Shown here in pieces: positions 13,960 through 28,275 of a stretch of 64,000 bases of DNA (the stretch's first letter is position 1; each line of letters begins with the position of its first letter). The position numbers and the translations under genes were made by a program. The stretch spans positions 63,614,001 through 63,678,000 of the forward strand of contig NC_045707.1 of NCBI RefSeq assembly GCF_009834535.1, given 5' to 3'. The notes below the pieces were generated by a model that searched no databases, had not been told where the DNA came from, and worked only from the letters and a program-made list of their open reading frames with translations. Origin of the DNA: Camelus ferus (lineage: Eukaryota).

Positions 13960-14300
13960 TGACTTCTTTGACTTGAAAGCTTTTCCTTCCCTCCCCACCT
14001 TGATTTATCCAAAAAAAAAAAAAAATTCCTATCCACTCTTCTAGACCCCCACTCATTTTATACACTCTCTGAAAAGCCTTTGGGGACTGCTCCCTCCCTT
14101 TGCTCCCCTAACCCTCTGTACACACCCCCACGACAGCCCTAACCACGCTCTTTCATAATTATTTATGTTCCTATCTCCCCTGCCAGGATGTGAATGGCTT
14201 TATATAAAAAAAAAAAAAAGACAGCTGCTATATTTTATTCATCTCTGAATCCACTGCACCTCCCTGCTAGCATTGCACATAAATGTTTGCTGAATGAATT
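13260..14300 (+). mobile_element. Degenerate L2 3' region
   Basis: C/T-rich L2-like sequence ending ATAAATGTTTGCTGAATGAAT; a similar L2 tail occurs at 24400-24525. Confidence 0.6.
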
Positions 14301-14997
14301 GGCTGAAAGTACTTTGGTAAAAATGTAACACATTATCCCCCAAATTTTATAGACTTCTGTGGCTAAAATCTCATTTCTTTGCCCTCTCTCTCTCTCTGCA
14401 TACCTGTTGGCATGCTAGTGCAGGTCTCAGGAGGGCCAGTTATTCAAAGGGAACTAACAAAGTGCCTGCTATTTGTAAATAGGGCCATTTGTACACTCTC
14501 TGTGCCAGATTTAGAGATTGCCTTTCTCTCTCTGACAACACTCCTCTGAGCACTCACTCCACTTTAAGAAGCATTTCTTTTCCAAATGTCTGGAGTCCTG
14601 TAAGTAACCTTTGTTTACCCTGAAAACACTCTCCGGGAAGCTGAAAGGAGCGAAAAAAACAATGTAGTGACCCTGCAGGGACCTACCTGGTCCATGAGCC
14701 TCATGTCCTCATGGCAAGAGGAGGGGGCTTCAGGGACTCGGCTCTAATCCCTGCCCACTTCCGCTGCCAGCAGCTGCTTTAACTGCCTGAACCTCCATGG
14801 GCTCTCTGCTCCCCAGTGAGGACCTTGGCAGCCCATTACTCACAAGACTATCCAGGCAAAACAGCATCCTAAGCGCAGGGATAACCTCAGTGGAGTTTAG
14901 GGTTCCTGGGCCCAATTTACTTTCAAGTAAAGTGAGCTCTGACCGCTTCCCAGGGTGGTGGTCCCTGCCCAGCCCCCGTTTCCAGTGTGGGTACTCA

Positions 14998-15159
<162 letters not shown>

Positions 15160-15469
15160 CTAAATATTAACCCAATAGGACTTGACGGCCCAAGCAGGGC
15201 TTCCTGTTATGTAAAAGGATGTCCCAGAGGCAAAGTAACCAAGGTCCTAAAACTCTTGACAATTGAATGAAATATACTGTTAACAGCTATCACGTCTGTG
15301 GCTTCTGATGACGAATATACAGTCACGAATGATGGTTTCCAGGGGAACAAGACACGTTCATTAAAATGGAAAGAAAGGTGAAAAAAATTTTAAGGATTTA
15401 AATTCAGAAGCCAAATTAGGCTAGGAAAGCTCAAATATGCAGAAGACTGTAATCCAAAGTGATGCTAAT

Positions 15470-15905
15470 TACATTTTTGGCGGTGAGCTTGCTGTAGTAT
15501 GCACAGAAGTAGAAATACAGATTGTACACATGGAACTTATATAATGTTCTAAACTAATGTTGCATCAATAAAAAAATAAATTAAAAAGAAGATGTCAGAT
15601 GCAAAAGACCACATATTTTATGATTCTGTGTACATGAAATGTTCAGATAAGGAAAATCTAAAGACAGAAAGCAGATTGGTGGTTGCCCAGGGTTAGGGGT
15701 GGGAGCAACGGTTGATTATAAAGAGGACAAAAAAAAAAAAAAAAACTTTCTGCAGTGATGGAAATGTCATAAAACTGGATTTTGGTGATGGTTACACAAC
15801 TCTATAAATTTGCTAGTATCACTCAATTGTACAATTGCAGTGGGTAGATTTTATATTATGTAAACTATACCTCAAGGACGCTGCTAAAAATATAGATAAA
15901 TAAAT
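15470..15905 (+). mobile_element. Two abutting L1 3' ends (younger tip then L1MB/MC-like 3' UTR) in TPH2 intron 6
   Basis: Tip ending TCAATAAAAAAAT (~15580), then AAAAGACCACATAT...GTGGTTGCCCAGGG...GGTGATGGTTACACAAC...TATACCTCAA; AAAGTGATGC flanks both sides (15456-15465, 15906-15915). Confidence 0.75.
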
Positions 15906-16868
15906 AAAGTGATGCCTACCACATATTACAGAATCAGTTCACACTAAAGCTTGCTATTGTCAATACCATCCAATCCTTCATCTCATCTTGTTGTTTTCTG
16001 TGATATTATGAAAACAATTATATTAATTACCGCAATTTGAAGAGGTACACTAAAGCAGTACATCTTCTATTGGTTTGTGGAAAGAGGAAAAACCAAAATA
16101 AGCAGAATGCAATAAAATCTATGGAATCCCCCTATAGTGCTAACCCCATTAAGGGCTGCCTACGAAGGCCCAGAAAATTTACAACAGGAGGGTTTTTCTT
16201 CTCTCTGACACCAGCATCGTAAAGGCTCCCATCCTGAAAACCTCAGCTCATTAGGGGAGCACCTCAGAATGGTTAGAAATGATTTTTAAAGACAAAAACC
16301 AATTGAACATATAAAACAAGTCCATCCTGGGATTTTTGGTACCTGGATGGAAATAGCCCTGTTCTCAGGCCTCCTCAGACCTGTCATTCTAACAGTCCCT
16401 GGCACACAATTTATACTTAAAAATAGGGATTTGATTAACTGACTGACTCCCCCAGAGGGAAGTCACCAGCGTTCAACATGATCCATGATATTTCTTCATC
16501 CAGTCCCTAACTTTTAACAAAGCAAATAAAAAGTCATCTTTGAGGTCATTCCATACCTAGGTGGCCCAGCAGAGTCGTTCCTGCATCAGAAAAAAGCTGC
16601 TAGAAGTTGGGCTTGCCAATATCCTTTGGGGTTCGCCGTATAAAACAGCCCATCAGAGAGACCTCACCAAGGCCTCGGCCAGGCAAACAGCCGGGTCTGT
16701 CTCCCCTCTGCTTCCTGCAGGGGCCCAGGTAACTGATGGTGCACTGCGCCTCTGCTTAAGTCAAAGGGAGTTCTTCCTTATTTGGAAAAAGAGCAATTAC
16801 TGCCCCGTGTGTACTGGGAAGGCCCGTGAGGATGTCGGCTAGAAAGAGACAGCCCATGGGAAGCTTAC

Positions 16869-17065
16869 CTTTCAGAAAAGCTGAGACGTCTTCCAGCTGG
16901 GGCACGTTGTCTTCCCTGTAGCCACAGAATTTAGTCAGCAGAGGGAAGTTTTTCAAATACTCCCGGCAAGCGTGAGTGGGGTAGAGTTTGGAGAGCTCGC
17001 GGAATACAACGCCCCAAGTTTTCGTTTCTTCCTCCGTGTACTCCACCCTGGGGATGGGCTGACCA
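16869..17065 (-). CDS. TPH2: TPH2 exon 6 (197 nt), catalytic domain
   Basis: TTTCCCGTCTAG acceptor, GTAAGC donor; [65 protein letters not shown]. Confidence 0.98.
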
Positions 17066-17662
17066 CTAGACGGGAAAGAAGAGAAATGAATGAATCTAGC
17101 TTTGGGTCGCTGAGTTGAGTGTTTTCTCATCTTCATACCTATGCAAATCAGATTCCTGGAAAGCGGGACGCCTGAGTGTCCAAAAGGATGATCCCGGTAA
17201 GTGTTACTTCTTATGGTAAATGCTAACCTTTTAGTTTTGCATGTGTGTCACTTTAAACTTTTGTGTAAATGATGTAAGTTACAGCTTCACATAGCCTTAT
17301 GGACATTTGACAAGATTTATGTTCTGAAGATGAGATCAGTAACAAGTGGAGAGTTCGGAGTTGGACGGAATTGGTTTAGATACAAAGCTGTGCTCTGAGA
17401 CCCTTTTCTGCAATCAACAGTAATAAATGGATGTTGTCTCTTGAAAATAAAATAGGCTGTGGGTCCCTCTTTGTCCCTTGTGGGGAACTCACCCTAATCG
17501 CCAAATGGAATTTTCAGATTATTTGTTCGTTGAGCAAAATGTCTGGAAAATGCTGGAAGACTATGCTAAATTTAAAAGTGAAAATTTTGCAAACTGTAAA
17601 ATAGGAGCATTTAATGCACATCATGCTGAGAGGTGCACACATTAAGCCCTCGAAGTTTAGGA

Positions 17663-17875
17663 GAGAGGTCAGCGAACTTTTTCTCTAGAAGGCCAAAAAG
17701 TAAATATTTTAGGCTCATGCATCACATAGTCTCTATCAAAACAGCTCACTTCTGCCACTGGATCTTGAAAATGGCCATAGGCAATACGTAAATGCATGAG
17801 CGTAGCTACATTCTAATAAAATTTGGATTGCAAAAACAGGCCATGGGCCCACAGGCAGCAGAGAGCTGGCTCCTG
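17663..17875. mobile_element. MER58A-like hAT-Charlie MITE
   Basis: GGTCAGCGAACTTTTTCT...AGTAAATATTTTAGGCT...GCCATAGGCAATACGTAAATG...CCTG; 8-bp TSD GTTTAGGA / GTTTAGGC. Confidence 0.82.
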
Positions 17876-18007
17876 GTTTAGGCTATTGAGAGGCGACCCT
17901 ATACTGGGGTAATCAGGGAGAGCTTCCTGGAGGAGGCACAACTTAAGCTGAGCCTTGCTGGCCAGGTAGAATCTGCAGGTTTCCTGACAGAAAGAAAGGT
18001 GAGTTTA

Positions 18008-18104
18008 AAAACTATACATGTATGATTGAAATATTATGCTGTACACCAGAAATTGACACAACATTGTAACCTGATTATACTTCAAACAAACAATTTTTTA
18101 AAAA
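18008..18104 (+). mobile_element. Short L1 3' tip
   Basis: ATTATGCTGTACACCAGAAATTGACACAACATTGTAA, nearly identical to 10732-10770. Confidence 0.75.
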
Positions 18105-19271
18105 TGCTTTTAACAGCAACCAGCAACCATGAGCAGGGACCAGAGCCCCTGATACCATGTGGGGCCAGTAGAAAGTGCAAAACAAGGACATGTGCTTTTG
18201 CAAGCTATCGCTTAAGGAGCCAGAATCCCAACTTGGATTCTGATTAAGATATGTATTCTGAAAGTGAAATCGGGGTTTCAGAAAACTTCTCATGACATGC
18301 TCGGCAGTTACATGTAGCACTGCCCCACTGCCCTCCCCGGCCACTCACCACAAGTTCTGCCCCTGCAGTCAGCAAAGACACATGATACATACACAGAAAG
18401 CTGGTGCTCTGCCCTGCAGTCTACATAATCCATCCTTCACCTCAGCCAGCCCAGGAGCTGGTGCACAGGCAGCAGCTGCCCCTCGGGGCTGTGGCAGCTA
18501 CAGAAGTGGGGGGCTTTCAGAAATGCCCCCCAGGGAGTAAAAGCGGGAAATAAGGCAGTAACAAGAGCAGGCTCACAAGCGGATCCCCACCCCCTAACCC
18601 TCTGCTTACTTCCATGTGCTCTTACCAGAACGCTTTCTGGTTAAGCTTCAGGTCCAAATGTGGTTCCTACTACCCCAAATTATTTGTAGTTTTTTTTTTA
18701 ATTAATTGTAGTACATAAAGGATAAGGAAATAACATACACTGAAAAAATAAAACCCCAGAAATTAACATTTGTTTTCTCTAAGTACCAAGACTAGGGCTT
18801 ATGATAAACCAAATTAGAACAAGATTAGCCTTGTTTAAATTTGACTGTTGATAACAAATAAAAAATTACAACCCTTTCAAATATTTGCTGAGTAGATCAA
18901 GACTGCTAAGACTTAGCATATGTGATGAATTTGGGAGAAAGCTGAAAATGGAAAGATTAAAAATAGAAAGGATGCAAGGAAATAAAAACATACACGGTCT
19001 GCCTCTGGTTCCAGAAAATTCAATGAAATCAAATTGAGTTGATGAAGCCAATAAAGCTAATAAGGGCTGAGCGCCGTCAGAAGGTAGAAAGCAATGAGGC
19101 TGAAACAATACATGAAATATTGAGAAGCCATTTGAAAAGAATCGTTAGGTCAAACTTTTCTGTTCAATATCAATCTGCAAATGTGCAGCATTTCAAAGGG
19201 GAGCCAAACGTAGCCAGCAGGAAGCAGCAGAAAAAAGACAAGCGTGCGTTCAGGTGGGAAAAAGATTTACA

Positions 19272-19731
19272 CAAATCTTCCTCCACTTACAGTGGGCTTA
19301 CCTCCCGATAAACCTACCGTCAGTTGAAAATGCCTTTAATACACCTAGCCTCCCGAACATCATGGCTTAGCCTAGCCTACCTTAAATGTGCTCGGCACAC
19401 TCACAGTTGGTCAAAAATCATCTAAAACAAAGTCTATTCTGTAATAATGTTGAGTAGCTCATGTAATTTATGGACTGCTGAACTGAAAGTGAAAAACAGA
19501 ACGGCTGTATGCCTATACAATGATCATAGGTCCATTGGTTGTCCCTGGCAATCGGGTGGCTGGCTGGGAGCTGCGGCTTCCTGCCCCTGCGCAGTGTCAT
19601 GAGAGAAAATGAGACAGCCTATCACACTAGCTTGAAAAAAAAGATTAGAGTTCAAAGTGCGGTTTCTGCAGAATGCATTCCACTTTCACACCATCATGAA
19701 GTCGAATCATCGTTAAGCTGAGGACCATCCA
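19272..19731. mobile_element. MER47/Tigger5-family Tc1-mariner MITE
   Basis: CCCGATAAACC...GAACATCATGGCTTAGCCTAGCCTACCTTAAA...GAAAGTGAAAAACAGAA...GGACCATC followed by TA. Confidence 0.8.
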
Positions 19732-21866
19732 TAACTACCTGTTACTTAATAATGAATCTCCAGCATCACAAATGGTCATGTGTAGACTCATTTGTTCCCA
19801 CTTGTCTGTCCTGCCTGAGCAGCCCACTAGCCTGCTCTGTGAGTTAACGGCCAGTGCAGTGCACTGGGGCTCCCTGAACACGTTAAGTCTGACTCCGATC
19901 ACATCCAGAGATTTCTCACACTGCTCTGACCCCCATAACCTGGGTAACCATTTAAGGTAAAAATGCAGTTGAATTTTTAAAAGGCTAGTAAAGGCTAGTT
20001 TTATCCATTTAATTTCTATTAAAAATATCCCAAATACAGAAAAAATAAGACATTTCCCATTTTTCTATGTAGTTAATACAGGTATATAGTAATCACTCAT
20101 CTCTGAGAACTTACTGTGTGCCAGAAACTTTTTTAAAGTTAAGTATTTTTATATAACTTAACCCATTTGATTCTCACAACAGCTCCAGGCGGTAGATCCC
20201 CATTTTACAGGCGAGAACATTAAGGCTCAAGGAAATTAAGCTATTTGCCTAAAATCATGGTGCCATGCTTGAAACCCAGTCAGTCTGGCTCAAGACTGGC
20301 TATAGTCTTAATGATTAATACACACCAATGAAGTAAAAAATTTCTTCCAGACACCAGCTTCATTTCACATACCAAATTAAAGGAAGGCTTGTAGGTGTGT
20401 GTACTTACACGTAGGAAATCTCATATACAATCATGGAATCATGATACTAGCATGTATTTGTAGACCACATAAAGTGCTTTTCATATTTGTTCTCTCATTT
20501 AACCTTCTCGGGAAGACTGGGAGGCAGTGCGTGGGGCACCAGCAGTGCAGGGGCACCCACTTATTTTTTTGAAATGTGGCATTTGGAAAAATTGGAAAAA
20601 TTAAAACGGCAGTCACGGGAAAAGTTGAAAGGTGTTACCCTCCGCTGTACTTATAATGGGTTATGGGCTTTTTGTGAACGGTGTACGGAAGAATGCAGAG
20701 GGGTGTCCTGATCCTTTTAGGGCCCAGGACATACACCCGCATATCTTTACATGTCCATTCTAAGGGTACATGTCATAACACGGATGTAGCAGGCATCACA
20801 TCCCAGCATCCTAAAAGTCTGCTCTGGCTCACACCTGATGTCACGTGAGTACTCTGCACCCCAGAGAAAGCTCCCAGCAGTTGCTGCCAGCATCTCCCTG
20901 CAGGGCTTGCCAGGAGGCAGCAGAAATGGCTCTACCACCAACAGACTCATCTAGTACCACCCTTCCCACCCTACCCCCAAACCTCACCCACAGTCTAACC
21001 GGGAGTCAGATGTGCAGGTTTTGGGGGGAGGACGGTGTTTGAGGGGAAGGGAAGGTTCTTCCTCCTTCCCTAAGGGAGGAGAGCAGTTTGAGCCACAAGA
21101 ATCATTGATAAGGACTGCAGGCACCTGTGAGAAGTAGGGTCTGGCATCGCCATTCCCATCTGGACACTTGCTGAGCGGCGGGACCATCTGCCTCCCTGGC
21201 GCTGCCACCGGAGTGGAGCAGTAGAGACGTGGTCCCTGAGAAAGCAGTCCAGGAGCCCAGGAGTATGGCGTGCTATGGGGGACCAAGGGGACCCTTGACA
21301 GGTGTCCTCTGGAACTTGAGGTTCATGAGAACATGGAGCCTGATGCCCAGTGAAATCTAGAAATTTCCAAGAGACATGATATGGTGTGCCAGGTAGGAAG
21401 ATGGAGAAGCCCCACCCTGTCCAGTTCTGGTTAGTTTTCAGGAGACAGAAGAACAGTCCAGGGGCTCCTATCGCCCCTGATGAGGAAGCACTAAAGGGCA
21501 GGTGCGTGAGGGCTGCCCATAGCCTGATGTGCCCCACCTGGAGGAAAGGATGATGCTGTGAGCACTGACAAGGCCGTGGAAAGGCAGGAAGCATTATCTG
21601 CAGGGGTGAAGGTGGAGGAAATGGTCCTTCCTGGAGAAAACTACACATAACAGTATGCAGAGAACATTCCAACAGAGACCACCCCATCAGAAAGGTGAGA
21701 GTGGCCTGAGGCCAGCCCACCCCAGACATTCTAACAGTCCTGTAAAAAGCCCTCAGCCTCCTGCCTGCTTCCCCTCAGCCCCCAACTCCAGAGAAGCGAG
21801 GTCCTACAAGAGAGAAGGAAAGGTTTCTCAGAACCAGAGCACTTGTGGGAGCGCATGCGTGATGCC

Positions 21867-21868
<2 letters not shown>

Positions 21869-21911
<43 letters not shown>

Positions 21912-21935
21912 TCACTCACTCTCACACTCTCTCTC
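21869..21935. repeat. (CA)19 followed by CTCA/CT repeats
   Basis: Counted directly. Confidence 0.92.
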
Positions 21936-22725
21936 CAAAGAACTGAGGAGGAGGGAGAATACACTTTGAATCAAGTTTGAGATTAATCTTTTTTTTAAAT
22001 GAGCAAGACTAAGTCTTAAATACCCCAATGAGACTATACGAATAATTGAAAATGACAGGAAATTAGATGTTGCTAAGGAACTCGCTTCCCCGCAGGAAAG
22101 TAGGATTCAACAGAATACAGTTGAGAGCAGGGAGTAGGGGAAATAAGACCATTTTATGTTGGTATAAACCCCAACAAGAGGAGACGCCTCGACAAACTAA
22201 TTACAAGTGAATATTGTAATTAGGTCTCCAGGGAGTCCCCTCCACGTATGTGGAATTCGTTGGGATTCCAGAATTCTTAACAACCACCAAAATTGGCATT
22301 CACAGATTCCTAACTCACTGGAGAAAAACAGATGCAACTTTCAGTAGTTTCTCCTCATTGCAGATTCTGCCCTCTTGCCAAAGAAGGGCAAACAAAGAGT
22401 TTCTAAGCATGATAGGGAAACATCGCTCAGCAACGAACAGAACAGGGAAAGGACTAAAACGTTCACAGCCGGGATTTAGCTAGACCCTAGGAAAAGCTTC
22501 CTGGTGCAAAACGTCACTCAGAAATGACTAGGAACTCTCTTCGGAAATACTGAAGGCTGTTAGGTTAAATCCCACTCTTCCTAGAGGCAGGGCGATGATT
22601 CTGAAAAACCTGCCTATTCTCTGCAGAGAGGAGAGAGGAGAAAGTGTGTAGACAGAGCTAACTAGGGGCAGGTTCGGACAGAGTTATTCTACGTACGTTC
22701 TGAGCTTATTAGAGCAAGGCTCTTT

Positions 22726-22854
22726 TGGGGGGAAGAGGGGGAAGGTAATTAGGTTTATTTGTTTATATTTTTTAATGGAGGTACTGGGGATTGAACCCAG
22801 GACCTCATGCATGCTAAGCACACACTCTACCACTGAGCTATACCCTCCCCACCC
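22726..22854 (-). mobile_element. Camelid tRNA-derived SINE (Vic-1 type)
   Basis: Reverse complement of the same SINE; degenerate TSD AGAGCAAGGCTCTTT / AGAGCAACACTGTTT. Confidence 0.9.
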
Positions 22855-25800
22855 AGAGCAACACTGTTTAACAAACACATTCTTACACTGAAATCCAGGG
22901 ACGTGTACCCCGCTGAGGTTGAAATTATAGGAGTTCTCTCTATGGCCAGATGAATAAGCGTTTGTTTTATTTAACTATTTGATCTTCTCCTCCAGCAGGT
23001 CCAACAGCAAGCTCCTTTTCTTATAGATTTTTTTTAATTTGAGGAATTGGAAAGCATTTGATTATCCTGGTCCATGCTGGCTACCTCCTGGAGTCCTCGC
23101 TGCTAGAAATCCTCAGGTGAGACGCAGTTTCTCTGCCTGTGTTATCTTTACAGGAACTCCAGTGTTGGGAAGTAATTCCCCTGCTCAGTGGAGGAGGATG
23201 TGAGGACCTGCAATTGATGGGATTTACATCAGGATGGCAAGACTGGCTGAAACACAACCCAGACTGTGTTCTTTGAAAACAGCTGGATTTCCTCAGTGGC
23301 AAGGACTAAGCAGAGCAGAAGGGAAACGAAGAACTGGTTAACGGGACTGGTGAATCTGATAGAAACAGGAATTAAATCATTTTCCGTTTTATTTCATTAC
23401 ATGTTCCTCGGGGCAGGAAATACCTCACTTATTCAAGAGCTATTTTTCTCCCTGGAATAAACTCTCTGCCTCATCTTTTCTTTCCTTCCTTACCCTAGGC
23501 ATTTTTCTCTTGATTGACATTTCCACCTAAGGGTATAGAAGGGAAATGAAAAGAGGTAGTATGTAAAAAATCCATCAACTTTGCAACTCATTAGCAATCA
23601 GCGGCTCTTCTATGGGTTTGGACAAAGACTTCGGAGAAAAATTACTCTGGAACACGATGGTAGGAGGTCTCTGTTCCTCCCCAAATTATGACACGTGTAC
23701 TGCACTCCTCCATGGGCATACCCTGGATTCTACATCACTTCCAGGGAGCCATCTGTCTGCAATTTTTCCTCCCCTCATCCAAGAAAGCACAGAAGAATAT
23801 GAAAAAGTGAGACTGACATTATTCTAACATTATTCTAAGAATAATCTTGATTTTTATCTAATGTAATTTTAAAACATTCATCATTCACAAAATTTACTAT
23901 TAATTATCACCCAATGTTTATGATATGCCTGACACCTGAGATCACACATCAATGTGTAGAAATTTCTATCAGTACTGGCTGACTCCCACCCACAGCCAGT
24001 GACCTCGGACTATGCTGGTTGGTACCACCTCCATGAAGAGTATCACCTGCAGCCAAGTGTCCCCAGAGTAGAACTATATAGTTAATAAATGTTCCACTAG
24101 AAGTGGAGTCTTTGAATCTGGGGAAAATACTGCTACCAGCCAGGAAAAAAAAAAAAAACAGCCTTAGTAAAGTGGATGAATTCCATTAAAGTTTAACCCG
24201 AAAGCAAATGCCATTTTTATCTACTGATTTTTAAGAGTCCATGAGAAAAGTCTAAGGCGCTCGAATTTGATAGAACCACACTTTAGAATTCAGACCATAA
24301 AGGACACTCAATAACTTTGTGATAAAATACTATCGGTAATACACAGGAGAAAAAAGAAAAATATCCAAAAATATGACTCTGCTAAATCTATCTCCCCATC
24401 ACAATGTACACACCTTGAAGACAGGGATTTTTGTTTGCTTTGTCCATTTTTATATCCCTGCCACCCAGAAGGAAGCCTGGAACATATAGGCGTTCAATAA
24501 ATAATGTTTGTTGAGTAAGTAAATCTACCAATTGTACCAAAACAAGCTCCACATCTAAAGCTTGAGAAAAAGTAAAATCGTTTGTCAGAGAGTCTGGCAG
24601 ATGGATATTTGTCTTAACCTCGTGTATTTTTATTGTTATGGAAAACAAAACTCCAAAGATTGGGAGATGTTAATAAGTTTTCTGGTAACTTCCAATTATC
24701 CCTAGGTACTGCTTACTATTCATGTAGGGTTTTTTTTTTTTTTCCTAATTTTCTCAGTTCACGTTTCCCAGGCACTGTCACCCATCACACTTGTAGACAA
24801 AATTCTCATCAGGAAAGAGAGCAACAGATACAAACCCAAAGGGACAGACAGACCAAACAGCTAAGCACAGAGATGTTTCCTTGACTGGACATCTTAATGA
24901 ATGAAGCTTCAACGATCTTTTTGAAGCCCCAGGCACAATGATGAAATGCTATTTTTCAAAGAGGAAACTCAAAACTCAGCCCAATGACTTAACAACCAAG
25001 TCTTGAGTTGTATACCAAGATTTGAAACCATTCAAGTCATCTGACATTAAGTGGCTGAACGAGAGCTCGTTTGATGAGAAGACCGGGTGGCCTGGGACCA
25101 CTGAACTGCACCAGAGAGAAAACTGCAAGGGCCCGAGCTCATTTTCAGCTAGTCCCCTAGGCCAGGCAGGTAAAGAGCATTCGTGATCACATATTTTATT
25201 TGCTTTTGCAAATGAGTTTCGCGCACATGAATTTTCGTAAATGAGTCTATGGGCCCTAAGGAACTTTCAGATACGGTAGCAAACATAAAAACGTTAGCTT
25301 GTTTCGCTCACATGGTTGATGCTGGTGCTGCCTTTATAAGAGACATAATGAAAATAAACCACTGCACCTAGGGAGCCTGAGGGAGAGGGAAGATTTAACT
25401 CCTGGAAATGATTTGTTTTTATTTGTCTTGTGCACCCCAGGATAGGGCTTCCCACCATTTCCCCACGTCGCAGAAAGCCCTCATTGCCTTCTAGAGGAGT
25501 GATTTCCTTCTGCCAAAACGACCATGAAATTAAGTATCAACAATAGCAACAGTGGGTCCGACCTCCACTGACACATGCCTGCTCGACACACACCAGGAAG
25601 GGGGACTCAGAGAACGCAATCCAGACAGGAGCTGAAAGTCAACGGCAGCCAGTGATCTCAGGCCACTGGGATGAAAAGACCGAGGCCAGGCTCTCCCTGA
25701 ACTCCAAGTTCAATCCCATATATCTTACATCTTGATCAACAGGGACCAAACGTTGCTGAGTGCTGGGCCCCGACCTCTCTCAGCAGCAGGTGAGGGAATG

Positions 25801-28224
25801 CAGTTACCCTGCAGTTCATGGCTCTAATGATAGTGTCCATCCATCCATCCATCCATTTAACTGTGACCATAACAATAATAGAATAGCACACGAGATGGAT
25901 TGTGTCACATAATGCTACCTTATGTGGTGATTGAGGACTCTGAGTACCCCCATTTTATGGTTGAGGAGACTGATGCTTATAGACATAGCAGTCTGTCCAA
26001 GATCAAATAGCCAGTAAGTGGCATCGCAGGTGCTCAGATTCAGAAAGGCCAGCTCCGGAGACCCCACTCTTAATCAGCACACCTCAGTACAAGGCACTGA
26101 GTCCCCAACATGTATCTTGCATTGAGTTTGGTCTCCGTTTCCTCATCGAAACTGAGGGAAGACAGACAACCGCCCAACACAGAGGATCAAACAAAATGTC
26201 AGCTGCCAGTGACAGGGGGCCAAAGCCTGGCACCCAACACCTCCTCAACGTACCTGGTTCCCTTCCTCCAGGGGGACAGAAATGAATACAATTTCATCAC
26301 TTCCCTGCAGGGTCGGGAATGGGTCTGGAGATGAAAAACTGCCCTCTTTCGTAAATCCATTCACCTCTCCGACAGTACTTGTGGAAGTAATTTTAATCCT
26401 TCATGTTCGTGGAGAGTGACAATACTCATACCTCATTCCCCGTGGAAGAGTTAGACTGCGGTGCAACTTCTGTCCTCGGCAGTGAGGGCTCCCGGCCAGC
26501 CTGTGCTAGTGTCTCCCACCGCTGTGGGAACCGTGCTATTATCACACACCATCTTACTGAGGCGTTGGTGCACATCTAAAAAAACCCACCAAGCCCTGAA
26601 AATGAAACAGAGAAACCCTTGCTAAATCAGTTTTCCTTTTCTGTCTGTCTTTGAGAACTTCAGGCTCCCTTCCTCTGAGCCATTGAGTTGAACTTCAGGT
26701 AGAGAGAAACATTCGGCATGAAGATGATTTGCCCATAAGGGTTGATGTCTTTTAAATGCTTACAGGAACTGTGCATTTCAAATATACTGAGAATTCTGCA
26801 CAGAGCAGAATCGCTCTTCAAAAACCCATGTCCTTCACTTCTGTTGCTCTTGTTTTCAGCTTGTGGATGAGACCACCTGTGTCAAATGGAAGCAGCTATG
26901 CAGGTTTAAAAAGAAAAGAAAAGAAAAAGAAAAAAGAGTGTGGCCTTTGGGGGAAAGAAAAGTATTTAAATTCTACAAGAGAAGGTCTCTTGAAATCCCT
27001 AATGTGACCTTCCCCAGAAACTGTTCAAGTCATCTGGGAAATGATCCCAGTACGACAAATATTTGGTTTTGTTCTACTTTTCAATTTACCGCTCCATTTC
27101 AAAGAAATTAAAGTATCAACAACTGGTGTTTACGCAGGAATCACAAAGTACCCAAACAGCCACATATATCTCAGTTTCATTCAAAACCTGGGAAAGCAAA
27201 TCAATGGCAGATAATGGAATGGGATAAAATTAGCTCAGGCGGGGAGAAAACATATTTGCCTTCTCAGGTGCCTCTTCTCCAAAAGGCAGAGAAGGGGGAA
27301 AAAAATTAAAGCTTGGTCCCACCTCACAACAGAGCCCACAATTCATTAAGGTGACCATCTGCCAATGAAACTGATGAGGAAAATGTTACTAAGGATTAAA
27401 ACTTGCAAACCCCTCCCCCAGTTAAGTTTTCTTCTCCCCTGTTAAGAAAGCATAATTTTTCCCTCTCATTCTTCCTCCCCCTTCTACTTGTGGTATTTCC
27501 AGTTAAGATTCTCCTATCTAAAAACAGGTAATGTGGCACTTGTGACTCCTGTTAGTAATGTATTCCTTTAAGCTGCATTCTGAAACTAAGTGGCATCCAT
27601 AAATCATGCCTCTTCTCGCATGAAATGAGAAATGCTATGGTCAAGTGAAATTTCTGGAAGGGTGGAGAGGTGGAGCCACCCGTTATTTTTCTGCAAGTTG
27701 CAGTCATTGCGAATCCCTCCTAGGAAAAACTCAGCACCAGTAATCCTCCAGCCCAGACATAAGCCAAATCGTCACAGCTACCTGTGAGCAGGGAAACCCC
27801 AGTAGGCGCAGGATGGGGCATCCGGAGGAAAGAGGCAGGGCAGCAAACAGCGCCACCCTGTATCTATCTGGAGCCTTTGTCTCTGATCATCCACCTCCCT
27901 TCTGTTCTTTGCAAGCCTGTGGCTGACTCCTGCTGAGTCATCTAGTGAAAGGGAAAAAGCGAGGAGACCTCCTGAGAAGTGAGATGCTGGCTTCCAAGCC
28001 TAATATGGTTATTACAAGCAAATCCATTCCATAATTGTGGATCTATTTGGCATCTTAGAATGCAAGGCATATTGTTGAATCTCAGCCGCAGAGGGTTTCA
28101 TTTTGACAACACGTGGTACTTGGGGCTGTGGATGGGAGGAAGGAAGGTGGCTCAAAAATGCCCTTCTCTGCTTTGATGGGGAGAGGAACCTAGAATCATC
28201 ACCACCCCATGCTGAATGAGAGAA

Positions 28225-28232
<8 letters not shown>

Positions 28233-28272
<40 letters not shown>
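28233..28272. repeat. (CT)20 microsatellite
   Basis: Counted directly. Confidence 0.92.

Positions 28273-28275
<3 letters not shown>

Noticed and set aside
21070..21729. 219-aa ORF, the longest in the track
   Set aside because: No recognisable protein family; GC-rich intron 5 sequence; no role in the TPH2 reading frame
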